From a virus, in IMG/VR virus record IMGVR_UViG_3300045988_162923: a stretch of DNA of 64,000 nt. One strand, written 5' to 3'. The stretch's first letter is position 1. Every line of letters starts with the position of its first letter. The notes under the pieces were generated by a model. It did no database searches. It saw only the letters and a list, made by a program, of their open reading frames with translations, and was not told the origin of the DNA. The translations under genes and the position numbers were made by a program. Of the stretch, positions 26,848 to 35,988 are shown one piece after another.

Positions 26848-26905
26848 ATAATTCTCCTTATATTGATTTTATAGATTTTTTTATGTATAATAATATTATA
26901 AAAGA

Positions 26906-27229
26906 TTAACAATCATAATCTTTATTAGGATCAAAAGGCTCTGCCCACCACTCTGTCCAACTTTCTTTTTCCTCTTGGTAATGAGCATCTACATCCGCAT
27001 CAGTGATATTGTCATCAGGGAAAGAATCAATAAGATCTTCGCGGCATTCTTCCCAACTCATAATACCATACATTCCTTCATAAGACTCATAGATTTCCAT
27101 GGCGAGAGTGTATGCTTCTCGATCGGCCTCATCATCGTCTTTACAATCAGCGAAAGTCTGGAAGGTCGCTCCGCCAAAACTACCTGTCATACCAGCGTAA
27201 AGTGCGTAAGTCTTTTTATTGTAAGTCAA
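26906..27229 (-). CDS. Acidic hypothetical protein (107 aa)
   Basis: ORF from the track. Confidence 0.4.
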   Translation of the reverse strand: MTYNKKTYALYAGMTGSFGGATFQTFADCKDDDEADREAYTLAMEIYESYEGMYGIMSWEECREDLIDSFPDDNITDADVDAHYQEEKESWTEWWAEPFDPNKDYDC

Positions 27230-27797
27230 TTGTAAATCCTCCTATAATTGTGCCTTTTGGAACATAAATATAATAATATGGAGCGTTGTCATTGAAAAAA
27301 TGCTTACGCAGAAATTCAGATTTATAAGTTATTTGATGTGTTTCTACACTTGGTGCTTTATCATCAGTTTCGATAATATAGGCGCGATTTGCTAAGACGC
27401 TTTGAGTGAGATAACCGCGTTCTGTCTTAATCATATAATTGTATCTAATATTATTATTTTTATCGGCAGAACGATACAAATAAGTTTGACTATTATCTGC
27501 TAATGCGATGATTTCATTATCAGATTCGATAGTATCTATCATAATATTTGAATTATTACTAATAATACAACCGATAAAGAATGCGAAAATCCCGCAAATA
27601 ATGGCGCCAAACACTATTCCGCCAATAGCATTTAAAATAACAGGGCCGATGCCTTCTTCCCAATAAATTGTATGACCTACTAGGAGAATAATAATTATGC
27701 CAGTAATAACAAACCAAAGCCACATTTTAATACTCCTTCTCGCTATAATCGCTACATACTTTATAATTTCTATTACATTCTTTATTTTCTTTGTCAA
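27216..27797 (-). CDS. Membrane protein (193 aa)
   Basis: ORF from the track. Confidence 0.45.
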   Translation of the reverse strand: MTKKIKNVIEIIKYVAIIARRSIKMWLWFVITGIIIILLVGHTIYWEEGIGPVILNAIGGIVFGAIICGIFAFFIGCIISNNSNIMIDTIESDNEIIALADNSQTYLYRSADKNNNIRYNYMIKTERGYLTQSVLANRAYIIETDDKAPSVETHQITYKSEFLRKHFFNDNAPYYYIYVPKGTIIGGFTIDLQ

Positions 27798-28185
27798 AAC
27801 AAGAACATCCTTTTTGGCAAGTAATCTCGATTCGTTTCGGATTCATTACTGTTGTCACGGCAATACCTTGTGGCACACGCACTTGCTGTTGGATAAGTTT
27901 TGGAATTGGATTTGGATCTTCTTCAAAGGCGCAATTGCCAGAAAATTTACAGTGCGCGCAACTACCAAATTTGGCTGCGCATTCTTTACAAAAAGGCTTA
28001 TCATTATAGAATAAAACTTCTTTATGATAAATCTGCTTGCCGCATGAAGTACAATTATATTTAATACGATAAAATTCACCACAACTGGGAGAATCTAATT
28101 GAACATTTTTGCCCAAGAGCACGCACAATGAATATGCGCCAGTTTTATCTTTTGAATATGCGCATTGATGACAAGTTGTAATCAT
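27727..28185 (-). CDS. Cys-rich zinc-finger protein (152 aa)
   Basis: Multiple CxxC pairs (CHQC, CTSCG, CKEC, CAHC, CQKGCSC). Confidence 0.45.
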   Translation of the reverse strand: MITTCHQCAYSKDKTGAYSLCVLLGKNVQLDSPSCGEFYRIKYNCTSCGKQIYHKEVLFYNDKPFCKECAAKFGSCAHCKFSGNCAFEEDPNPIPKLIQQQVRVPQGIAVTTVMNPKRIEITCQKGCSCFDKENKECNRNYKVCSDYSEKEY

Positions 28186-28196
28186 GCGGTTCCTCC

Positions 28197-28538
28197 TTAT
28201 GAGATTTTTACACCTAGGTAAGTGTGAATTTCAGCGTCTTTTTTATTGGGGAAGTAACGTAATAAAAGGTCTTTGATAAAGAGATCTTCATCAGTGTAAT
28301 GTGAAGGATTAATTTCTGCGGGATAGCTATCTTCATCACAGTAATCCATAGTAATGCCAAGAATACCGTACCAATTTTCATTATGTTCCCAATCAGCGCT
28401 ATTAAAATTATAGTCTTTAAGAAATTCGGTATCATAGAGTTCTTGAATTTGGTCATGGGTAAGAGACTTCATGTCTGCGGCATTGAGGCGGTAGCCGCGT
28501 GTAATAACTGCGGAATATTCAATACTCATTTTTATCAA
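28197..28538 (-). CDS. Hypothetical protein (113 aa)
   Basis: ORF from the track. Promoter 28567-28595 upstream. Confidence 0.45.
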   Translation of the reverse strand: MIKMSIEYSAVITRGYRLNAADMKSLTHDQIQELYDTEFLKDYNFNSADWEHNENWYGILGITMDYCDEDSYPAEINPSHYTDEDLFIKDLLLRYFPNKKDAEIHTYLGVKIS

Positions 28539-28566
28539 TACCTTTCTTTTTTCATTTTCTATAAAT

Positions 28567-28595
28567 ATTATATATTATTTTTTATTAAAAATCAA
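28567..28595 (-). promoter_or_regulatory. Consensus promoter TTGATT-17-TATAAT (minus strand); rightmost promoter of the 10.6-28.5 kb minus-strand gene block
   Basis: Reverse complement reads TTGATTTTTAATAAAAAATAATATATAAT. Confidence 0.55.
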
Positions 28596-28628
28596 ATTGG
28601 TAAATTTTTAATTAGTTATATTTTAATT

Positions 28629-28968
28629 AAATTAGGTAATTTTTCATAGTTTCTAATAAAAATATAAAATGGTCGTTTTAAATAAAAATGGTTAAAATTT
28701 TCTGATAAATGGTCAAAATTTTCTATATTTTTGTCCGAAAATTTCTATTGTTTTGGTCAAAAATTTCTATTAGTTGGTCATAAATAAGTGTTTAGAACCA
28801 AATTAGGTAATTTTTCATAGTTTCCTATTTTTATTTAAAGTGGATAAATTAGGTAAAATTTTTAGGTAATTTTTCATATGTTCCTCTTTTTATTTAAAAT
28901 TTTAGGTAATTTTTCATAGTTACTGATCGGGAAATCGAAGTGCTGATTAGGTAATTTTTCATAGTTCC
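28629..28968. repeat. Iteron array A: 5 direct copies of ~20-bp TTAGGTAATTTTTCATAGTT
   Basis: Copies at ~28631, 28803, 28862, 28902, 28948. Three more copies at 29676-29755 on the other side of the recoded wHTH gene. Confidence 0.6.
28669..28790. repeat. Iteron array B: ~5 direct copies of TGGTCAAAA(A)TTTTCTAT (degenerate)
   Basis: AATGGTCGTTTTAAAT / AATGGTTAAAATTTTCTGAT / AATGGTCAAAATTTTCTATAT / TTGTCCGAAAATTTCTATTG / TTGGTCAAAAATTTCTATTAG. Confidence 0.5.
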
Positions 28969-29028
28969 CTATTTTTATTTAGTTGGGTAAAAATCGTTAA
29001 TTTTACCTATTTAGATTTTAAATAAAGT

Positions 29029-29682
29029 ATGAAAGGAGGCAATATTAAATTGGCTGAAGATAAAAAACGCTTTCCGGCGAATACTACTATGGAAGTTCTT
29101 ACTTTTTTAAATGATAAAAAAATTAATGGTGAGTTATATGCTTATTTATAGACTTTATCTACTTATGAAGTAATAGATAAAGATAATAATTTATTTAGAA
29201 CTTTTGTGTTAAAGAAATCATTACCTTCATAGTCTTAGATATGTAAGACATTAGGTATCAAAAGCCCCAAGACTTATAAATCACATTTAAGTTATTTAAT
29301 TGAGTAGGGTTATGTTATTGAAGAAGAAGATAAATATATGTTACCTGAAATGGAGAATATATATTTTTTAATTCCATTAAAGACTTTATAGTATATAAAT
29401 GATAACTGTAAAGAGCATATTATAAAGATTTATGTATATCTTGGTTAGAGATATAAATGGGCATTGGAACGAGGAATATAGTATGAATTTACTTTAAAAG
29501 AGTTAGGGGAACATAGTGGTATTAAAGTAGAGAATAATACTCGTGGTTATGAAATTGTTAATAATGCTTTAACATTTTTATGTAATTCTGAATTAATAGA
29601 TTATGTTAGTTTTTTTGATGGTAAAAGTTAGAAGAAGCGATTAACGAAATTTTGCTTTGATTATAAAGATTTAGTTAGGTAA
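29029..29682 (+). CDS. Winged-helix DNA-binding protein (217 aa) flanked by iterons; candidate replication initiator or regulator; 8 in-frame TAG codons (recoded)
   Basis: ATG at 29029 (or TTG at 29050 after AAGGAGG). Translation ...LKELGEHSGIKVENNTRGYEIVNNALTFLCNSELIDYV... continuous only with TAG as sense. Ends TAA at 29680. Confidence 0.5.
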
Positions 29683-29755
29683 TTTTTCATACCCACTTTA
29701 GGTAATTTTTCATAGTTGCTTCGTATTAAATTAGGTAAAAAATCATAGTTTATCT
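29676..29755. repeat. Iteron array A, right-hand copies (3 copies of GGTAATTTTTCATAGTT variant)
   Basis: Copies at ~29676, 29700, 29733. Confidence 0.55.
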
Positions 29756-29861
29756 AAGTAATAAGTAATATAAGTAGGGATGGTATAGGCTTTAAATGTC
29801 CCTTCGGGCCATTTAAATCCTATACAAGACTTTTTTCGAGGGAGTTAAGGGAGGAATAATA

Positions 29862-30128
29862 ATGGTAATAGATGGTAAAGTAGTAAATGAATTAAAGCAC
29901 TGTGGATTAAAGTTATATTTATTTTTAAGTTGCTTTTATAATGAATAGGAATGGATAGTAAATCCGTAGGAATATGCTAATTGGTTAAATATAGATTATA
30001 AAGTAAAAAGTAGAACAGTTAGAAAATCTATGAATGATGCTATTATTAATTTAATTGAATGTGGATATATGAAAATAATAGATGAAGATAAATATTATTT
30101 TTCAATAGATAAATTAAAGGAGAAATAA
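29862..30128 (+). CDS. Small wHTH-like protein (88 aa), 2 in-frame TAG (recoded)
   Basis: RBS GGAGGAATAATAATG. MVIDGKVVNELKHCGLKLYLFLSCFYNE-Q-EWIVNP-Q-EYANWL... Confidence 0.45.
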
Positions 30129-30129
30129 A

Positions 30130-30399
30130 ATGATACAATTAGATGAAAATAAATTAAGTGATTCAACAATAATGAATATAGGATTAGATTTAGGTATTTA
30201 TCCATATGATGATGAAGGTATTAAAGCATATAGATAGAGAATAATTGGATATATAAATCCAACCGCATTATGTAAAGAAAGTTAGAAAACATATAATATA
30301 TATACAGATGGTAATCCTAATGCTTGGTTAGATGGATATAATACAGCTAAATATAGTATGTATGATTATTACCATGAAGTATATGGTGATGAGTTATAA
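30130..30399 (+). CDS. Small hypothetical protein (89 aa), 2 in-frame TAG (recoded)
   Basis: RBS AAGGAGAAATAAAATG. ATG overlaps the previous stop. Confidence 0.4.
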
Positions 30400-30533
30400 G
30401 AGTGTATTTGATTTATATTTATAATTATGTTATAATATAAATATAATAAGAAAGGAGTAAGGAACATCCTATATAATGAGGGCATTTTAATGCCCGAGTT
30501 GAAAATTTAAAGGGACCCTTAGAGAAAATTGAA

Positions 30534-30899
30534 ATGGAATTTTGCTATGAAACTTTAAAGGATAATGATGAAAGAGTAGGCACTTATAAAGGATTGCCTG
30601 TATATGCTCTTTCTACTTATAATTATAAAGATTATGATGATATGGTCTTTATTATGTATGATGATGGCATGAAGCTTGTTTATAAGGGCTTTGTTGTTGG
30701 TACTATTCAGCGTGATGGTGGTATTAAGTCGGTAAGTCAATATAGATATACTCCTAAAAAGAAAGGCGCAGTAGTGCCGCAGTCTATGGGTGATATTCTT
30801 TATGATAAGCATGAATGTATGTTAGAAGATAAGCATACTCTCGCAGAAGCTATGATTAAAGAATATAGTGCTTTGAGTATTGATGATTTGTTAAGATAA
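30534..30899 (+). CDS. Hypothetical protein (121 aa), standard code
   Basis: ORF from the track. Followed immediately by a strong bidirectional terminator. Confidence 0.5.
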   Translation: MEFCYETLKDNDERVGTYKGLPVYALSTYNYKDYDDMVFIMYDDGMKLVYKGFVVGTIQRDGGIKSVSQYRYTPKKKGAVVPQSMGDILYDKHECMLEDKHTLAEAMIKEYSALSIDDLLR

Positions 30900-30905
30900 A
30901 AAAAA

Positions 30906-30935
30906 TAACCGCTGAAATAGCGGTTATTTTTTTTA
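30906..30935. terminator. Bidirectional rho-independent terminator (TAACCGCT-GAAAT-AGCGGTTA, A-run left, T-run right)
   Basis: 8-bp GC-containing stem with T9 on plus and A9 on the left. Confidence 0.65.
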
Positions 30936-31012
30936 TTTAATTGTAATACAAAGCAAGGTAGTAGAAAGAATAAAATTGAAAGGATGGAGGTTGTTCCTCA
31001 CTTTGTAATTAT

Positions 31013-31041
31013 ATTATATAATAAATTTTTTCTTTTGTCAA
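31013..31041 (-). promoter_or_regulatory. Consensus promoter TTGACA-17-TATAAT (minus strand) firing toward the 30906 terminator (~100-nt transcript, no ORF)
   Basis: Reverse complement reads TTGACAAAAGAAAAAATTTATTATATAAT. Confidence 0.45.
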
Positions 31042-31432
31042 GATTTTGTTAAGAATTTTTTATAAGTGTTAATTGTGCGGGAGGGCATTCGGCAATTCCT
31101 TCTCTATTGGATCATAAGCTTGAAATAGTTTATTTGATTGCTATTGGATTAGTGGGAGAGAGATAAAAATATAGGAATTATATAGGAAGAAAGATTATAG
31201 AGGTAATAAGAATTATAATGAATTGTAGATAGCTATAGAAAATTGTGGGGAAACTGTGGAAGTGTCGTGCCGATCGGTCCTATACAATTATCTCAACAAT
31301 CCATCCTCATCGTCACCGTAATAAAAATAAAAAAAAGAGTGAAACTCAACGTTTCACTCTTTAATATCTCGATTTCTATTCAGATTTCCAATTCTTAGGA
31401 TGAAAATTGTCCCACCCGAAGAAGTGTCCGTT

Positions 31433-31810
31433 TTAATCTACGAATACCTTCAAAAAGTCCGAAATTGCCTTATCCGAAGTCTTAGCAGTCGTGCGCGCAG
31501 AAGCACCCTTGTCATCATACTTCTCCATGACCTCAATCAAAGGCATAACGGCCTCAATAGTATCAAGGAACTGATCGGTCAGGCTGGTCATTTCATCGGT
31601 AGTACAAGTGTCATCTACATCAAAATACTCCAATAGCAGATTCACGAGATCAGTTGCCTTTTCATTGATAGCCGTGCGCAGGTTAGTCTTATCATCCTGT
31701 TCCTTGGTCTCCTGGACTGCCTCATTCAGAGTCTTAGCCATTTCATCTGCGATAGACTGAGCGTCCTCACCCTTAGCAAGACGAGCAATAATATCTTCCT
31801 TAGTAAACAT
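31433..31810 (-). CDS. Acidic hypothetical protein (125 aa)
   Basis: ORF from the track. Promoter 31862-31890 upstream, hairpin terminator ~31330-31362 downstream. Confidence 0.5.
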   Translation of the reverse strand: MFTKEDIIARLAKGEDAQSIADEMAKTLNEAVQETKEQDDKTNLRTAINEKATDLVNLLLEYFDVDDTCTTDEMTSLTDQFLDTIEAVMPLIEVMEKYDDKGASARTTAKTSDKAISDFLKVFVD

Positions 31811-31861
31811 ATATGTTACCTCTTTATCTAATAGTAAAGTGATCTCTCACTTTCTAAATAT

Positions 31862-31890
31862 ATTATATCATTTTTTTTTATAAATGTCAA
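31862..31890 (-). promoter_or_regulatory. Perfect consensus promoter TTGACA-17-TATAAT (minus strand)
   Basis: Reverse complement reads TTGACATTTATAAAAAAAAATGATATAAT. Confidence 0.6.
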
Positions 31891-32201
31891 ATGGGCGGAT
31901 TGTCTAAATGGGCCGCGCTTTAAAAATGCTTTTTTTTAATATTATAACAAATTTTTTTAATATTGTCAAATGCCGGGCATATGATATAGTACCGATCGGC
32001 GCCCTGCGGGGGGCATCACTTTCGGGAGAACCAGGTCGCATATGGAGGCCACTGGATTGAGCAAAAATTTTCCATATGGGATAAAGGATCGGGAATTCGG
32101 TCCAACACCTCCGGCGTCGGCCCGCTAAACTATCCCTTATAAATATTGTACCACCCCAGGTCGCATTTGTCAATAGGCAAAATGAACAAAAAAAAGAGGG
32201 G

Positions 32202-32363
32202 TTATTCCCCCTCTTTTTCTCGCCGCTCTTTTTCCATTTCCGCAAGACGTCTGCGACGCTCCTTTTCTTCTTCCTCGCGTCTCCGGGCATTTCGTCGCAT
32301 GGTATTCATAGCAGTCGTACAAGCGACTTGAGTAGCAATCATAGCGCCTACATTGATAATCAT
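32202..32363 (-). CDS. Small Arg/Glu-rich peptide (53 aa)
   Basis: RBS GGAGGTAAAAAAATG. MIINVGAMIATQVACTTAMNTMRRNARRREEEEKERRRRLAEMEKERREKEGE. Confidence 0.35.
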   Translation of the reverse strand: MIINVGAMIATQVACTTAMNTMRRNARRREEEEKERRRRLAEMEKERREKEGE

Positions 32364-32375
32364 TTTTTTACCTCC

Positions 32376-32657
32376 TTAACAATCATAGGTGAAACAACCG
32401 GCGTAAGGGTCAAAGCCCTCATCGCTGTCAATGTCATCTGGTTCATCATCTTCATCAAGTTCATCAGGTTCATAAGCCAGAAAGAAAATTTTTGCGCCTT
32501 CATGTTGAGCTGCGAGGTCACGAGCTTCCCCGTAACTCGCACACGGCACACCCGCAAAAGTTCCGTCTCCCTTAACAACTGCCCACCGCACATCAGTCCA
32601 GTCAAAATTTTTCATGTTATCAGTTCCTTTTCTCTTGGATTGTCTATAGTATAGCAC
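32376..32657 (-). CDS. Hypothetical protein (~85 aa from internal Met), acidic C-terminus
   Basis: ORF from the track. The first ~8 codons of the track ORF are probably 5'UTR (promoter 32648-32676). Confidence 0.45.
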   Translation of the reverse strand: MLYYRQSKRKGTDNMKNFDWTDVRWAVVKGDGTFAGVPCASYGEARDLAAQHEGAKIFFLAYEPDELDEDDEPDDIDSDEGFDPYAGCFTYDC

Positions 32658-32676
32658 AAAAAGGGGCTTTTGTCAA
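32648..32676 (-). promoter_or_regulatory. Consensus promoter TTGACA-17-TATACT (minus strand), GC-rich-module type
   Basis: Reverse complement reads TTGACAAAAGCCCCTTTTTGTGCTATACT. Confidence 0.5.
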
Positions 32677-32686
32677 GCCCCTTTTT

Positions 32687-33274
32687 TCAAAATGGCAAAT
32701 CTTCTTCGTTGGAAAGTGTGGAATTGTAGTCGCTGGTAATTTCAGGAATGTCGATGAAATTTCTGGAAGCAATGTAATCCGCAAGATGGACAAGCCTGTC
32801 AATATTTGTAAAAGGTCTGTCCTCGCGGTCGGTACTCCATTGCCCCATGTGGGATTTAATGGCTTGCGTGAGCAGAAACGGAGCAGGTTCGTCAAAGTAT
32901 TCGCACCAGGCAGAATCTACCAATTTTGCGGCATTTGCGGCATGGTTGGGATATTCTTCCTTGTCAAAATCTTCTAAACCGTATTTTGCGGTATCGTGAC
33001 AGATACAAGCGACACGCGCAAGGTCTTTATATTCGTCTTTCATGTAAGCCCACTGAGACATTCTCAAAAGTTCTTCACAGAACGCGCAAACGGCTTTAGT
33101 GTGCCGAACTAGACCACCTTCGCCCTGAGAAAAAACAGGATGAAATTTTCCAGAACTTGAAGCGCCGATTTTCCAGAAATAGGACGGAACTTTTTCGTCA
33201 AGATAGAACTTAACGAACATTCGCAAATCTTCACTTTCGATCTGGTCGATTTCCTTGGAAAAATATTCAAACAT
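32687..33274 (-). CDS. HD-domain phosphohydrolase (CICHDTAKYG ... HLADYIASR)
   Basis: 195-aa ORF. H...HD...H...D metal-binding pattern of the HD superfamily. Confidence 0.6.
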   Translation of the reverse strand: MFEYFSKEIDQIESEDLRMFVKFYLDEKVPSYFWKIGASSSGKFHPVFSQGEGGLVRHTKAVCAFCEELLRMSQWAYMKDEYKDLARVACICHDTAKYGLEDFDKEEYPNHAANAAKLVDSAWCEYFDEPAPFLLTQAIKSHMGQWSTDREDRPFTNIDRLVHLADYIASRNFIDIPEITSDYNSTLSNEEDLPF

Positions 33275-33328
33275 ACGCTTTACCTTTCTGCGGTTGGTTG
33301 GGTTGTCCGCTCCCTTAACTGTATAGAC

Positions 33329-33357
33329 ATTATACCATACAAAAAAGCCGTTGTCAA
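33329..33357 (-). promoter_or_regulatory. Consensus promoter TTGACA-17-TATAAT (minus strand)
   Basis: Reverse complement reads TTGACAACGGCTTTTTTGTATGGTATAAT. Confidence 0.5.
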
Positions 33358-33412
33358 GCCTAACTTTTCCGCAGTTTTTGCCTAGGAAAAGGGCGATTTC
33401 TCGCCCTTTTTC

Positions 33413-33817
33413 TTAACTTTTTGGCTTTCTTTTCTGCGTGAGCGTCAATTCGTAGCAATTTTCACCAACTTTGAACGCAATCATGCGCTCTTTGTTCGTA
33501 ATTTCCACGTTTTCGCACGCATTTTCGCTGTTTTCAGCCAAAAAAGTTGCTAATTCCGCGATAATTCCGGCTTTAGTCGGATTTTCTTTGCGCTTGCGCT
33601 GGTCAAATTTGTAATTTGTCGGCACTTTGCGCGTTCCCGCGTTCATATATTTTTTAGCTTCTTTTTCCTGTTCTGGTGGCAAGTCAAACTCAACACGTTC
33701 ACCCTTGTCGATAGCGCGGTCGGCTTCCCACACGCTTTCCGCTTCTTCCTGCGTCCAGCCCATGAGCTTCATATTTTTGTCAATCCACGCCTGTTTGTCT
33801 TTTTCCTTTAATGCCAT
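33413..33817 (-). CDS. Hypothetical protein (134 aa); paralogue of 38668..39024
   Basis: Shared block FDLPPEQEKEAKKYMNAGTRKV / FELPPELEAGAKKARQTGTRKV. Confidence 0.5.
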   Translation of the reverse strand: MALKEKDKQAWIDKNMKLMGWTQEEAESVWEADRAIDKGERVEFDLPPEQEKEAKKYMNAGTRKVPTNYKFDQRKRKENPTKAGIIAELATFLAENSENACENVEITNKERMIAFKVGENCYELTLTQKRKPKS

Positions 33818-33869
33818 TTAATTCCACCTTTCTTCTGGATGGGGCGGATTGCTCCGCCCCGATTGGCAA

Positions 33870-34310
33870 TTACTGGTGAATACGGAAATAAGCTTTCCGC
33901 TTTTCCTCAACGCGGTCGAGCGTGCCATCCTTTACCATCTGCCGGACGATAGCAGAAACACGCTGGTTCGTCAGGTCTACGATTTCCGGAACGGACTTAA
34001 TCAGTTCCGTGATAGTGAACAGACGGGTCGGCTCTGCGGACATCACCGCCGCAATCGAGGTCTTGAAACCGTCGTTCGCCACCTGCGTGGCAGTCGGCTT
34101 CTTGTCAGCCGCGTTCTTCTTGGAAAGCAGTTCCAGCTCATGGTCGATGAAACCGATAACTGCGTCATAGTTGTCCGCGGTCTGCGGATACGCTTCACGG
34201 AGAATGTTGAAGTAGTCGCGCTTGGTCAGCTTGGAAGTAGTCTTAGTCATAGTATCAATTCCTTTCTGGTTTTTTAGTGTGTCCTTCACTTGATGAATAT
34301 ATTGTATCAC
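33870..34310 (-). CDS. Putative DNA-binding protein (~125 aa from internal Met MTKTTSKL); paralogue of 39068..39469
   Basis: Shared KKPTATQ.ANDGFK......LFTITELIKSVPEI.DLTNQRVSAIV.QMVK.G.L. Confidence 0.5.
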   Translation of the reverse strand: MIQYIHQVKDTLKNQKGIDTMTKTTSKLTKRDYFNILREAYPQTADNYDAVIGFIDHELELLSKKNAADKKPTATQVANDGFKTSIAAVMSAEPTRLFTITELIKSVPEIVDLTNQRVSAIVRQMVKDGTLDRVEEKRKAYFRIHQ

Positions 34311-35253
34311 AAACCTTGCGATTTGTCAATACCTAACTTGAATTTTTTTTGCCATCCTATCAGCCGCTACCTTCCAGCAAATGGTAGCTGTTGGTTCACA
34401 TTTATATCCCGCAACAATAGGACTCCGTGCGGAAGATTCTAACGAGAAAGTCTTACATCGCTCTCATGGGCTACGGTCATATTCACCGTTGCTTTCTCTC
34501 TCTTTTGTACCCTCATTGTATCACATCTGAGGGGCTTTGTCAAGAGGAAATTTTCAATTCCCAAAAATTTTTTTCGCCCCTTGGGAACTCTCCATTCCCT
34601 CTTGACATTATGTAGTATAACAGATACGCCTTAAAAAGTCTATTGGCAAAATGACGAAAATGGGATAAAATAAAAAGATTATTTTGTATAACTTTTCTCT
34701 TGACAAATTGCTGGCGGGGTGGTATAATGGAAATTCGGCGCCTCACATACGTGGGCGCCGCGCCCAAAAATTCCCAAGTAAAAAGGCGAAAAAAGTTGAG
34801 GAAATTTATTCCTCAACTTCGCACGCGGTTTCCAGAAGTCGGCAGAGCATGATAATATCATAAAAGTCAATACCTTCCAGTTCTTCTTGCCAGCAGAAGC
34901 AACCGCAGTATTCACCATTGACATTTACTGGATAGCAGCACCAGTTATTTTCAATTTTACGGACTTCGTTCATCTCAGGTGGAAAATAATGTTTCTTTGG
35001 TTCAGTGTTCCAATAGCTGATTGGCATACCGTCTGCCCCATACAGGGCAAACGGTTGACAATAATCTTCACACCACTTTCTCACAACTTTTATGAAAAAT
35101 TCCATTTTTAACCCTCCACCAGATTTTCCCTGATAAATTCATCATCTTCATAGAAGAATTCGCCCCATGAAAATTTACAAATCCAAAGGGCTTCATAATG
35201 GTCCCACTGGACAGCTTGGGCGATGTAACCGCCCTTTCTGAACTTTTTCCCTT

Positions 35254-35529
35254 TCATGCGTTAAAATCCTTCTTTCCATCAAGAATTGCTTCAATTTCAG
35301 AAGTGGTTAGGCGGTCAACCTTTTCTTCAATCTCGTGAAGAATTACTCCATCATCTCCACAAATTTCATCGGTGATGTTCAGCCATCCATTGTAGATGTG
35401 AAGCAGGACAAAATCACCAGATTCAACTGTTGCGCCACAACAACCGCAAATGATTTCGTCTCTGTCCTGATTCCAAATGCCGCTACAGACATTGCCCTCG
35501 TTGTCCATGAAAATAACCTGTTTATTCAT
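35254..35529 (-). CDS. Small Cys-containing protein (~91 aa; true start at second Met, MNKQVIF...)
   Basis: The track ORF starts MIYQKKGIDTM. The first 10 codons are the conserved 5'UTR (AAAGAAAGGAATTGATACA-ATG) shared with 37292..37573. Confidence 0.45.
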   Translation of the reverse strand: MNKQVIFMDNEGNVCSGIWNQDRDEIICGCCGATVESGDFVLLHIYNGWLNITDEICGDDGVILHEIEEKVDRLTTSEIEAILDGKKDFNA

Positions 35530-35583
35530 TGTATCAATTCCTTTCTTTTGATAAATCAATTATACCATACCACAGAGGCTTTG

Positions 35584-35988
35584 TCAAGCCTCTGTGGAAA
35601 ATTTATTTTTAATTTCATTTAGTTTTTCATGTTCTTCAATCCAGTATTTCCATGTTCCGTACCCATCTTCACAGAAATAATACAATCCGGGCGAATTAAA
35701 TACACCATTGATAATTTTAACAGGCTTTTCATAGCCCATTTCTTCAAAGAAATCATCAATAAATTGCGCGTCCGCATAGCTGTTAACGCGGATTGCCCAA
35801 ATACAATCAGGATCAGTATTGGAATTAAATGCCAGTAAATTTCCTGCCCGATTATAGATTTTCAAGCGGTTATCATCATCCGCCATTAAATCATTATAGC
35901 GGCAACCCCACTCATGACGGCGGCAGTCATCATAATCGTCAAATTCCTGTCCGCAATAATCGCACTTATAAATATTCAATTCTGTCAT
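35584..35988 (-). CDS. Hypothetical protein (134 aa) with N-terminal CxxC..C..C zinc ribbon
   Basis: ORF from the track. CDYCGQEFDDYDDCRRHEWGC. Confidence 0.45.
   Translation of the reverse strand: MTELNIYKCDYCGQEFDDYDDCRRHEWGCRYNDLMADDDNRLKIYNRAGNLLAFNSNTDPDCIWAIRVNSYADAQFIDDFFEEMGYEKPVKIINGVFNSPGLYYFCEDGYGTWKYWIEEHEKLNEIKNKFSTEA

Noticed and set aside
26870-26905. Possible additional promoter upstream of 26440..26847
   Set aside because: A TATAAT-like box is present, but no -35 at 17 bp could be aligned unambiguously. It is not reported as a feature.
28600-29760. CRISPR array?
   Set aside because: The repeats are ~20 bp with irregular, partly absent spacers. They are interrupted by a protein-coding gene, and there are no cas genes. 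They fit iterons or operator repeats better.
31904-32331. Track ORFs 31904..32290 (-) and 32146..32331 (+) in the GC-rich intergenic region
   Set aside because: Low-complexity translations with no start context. The region is better explained by the small RBS-preceded 53-aa gene at 32202-32363 plus untranslated promoter/terminator DNA.
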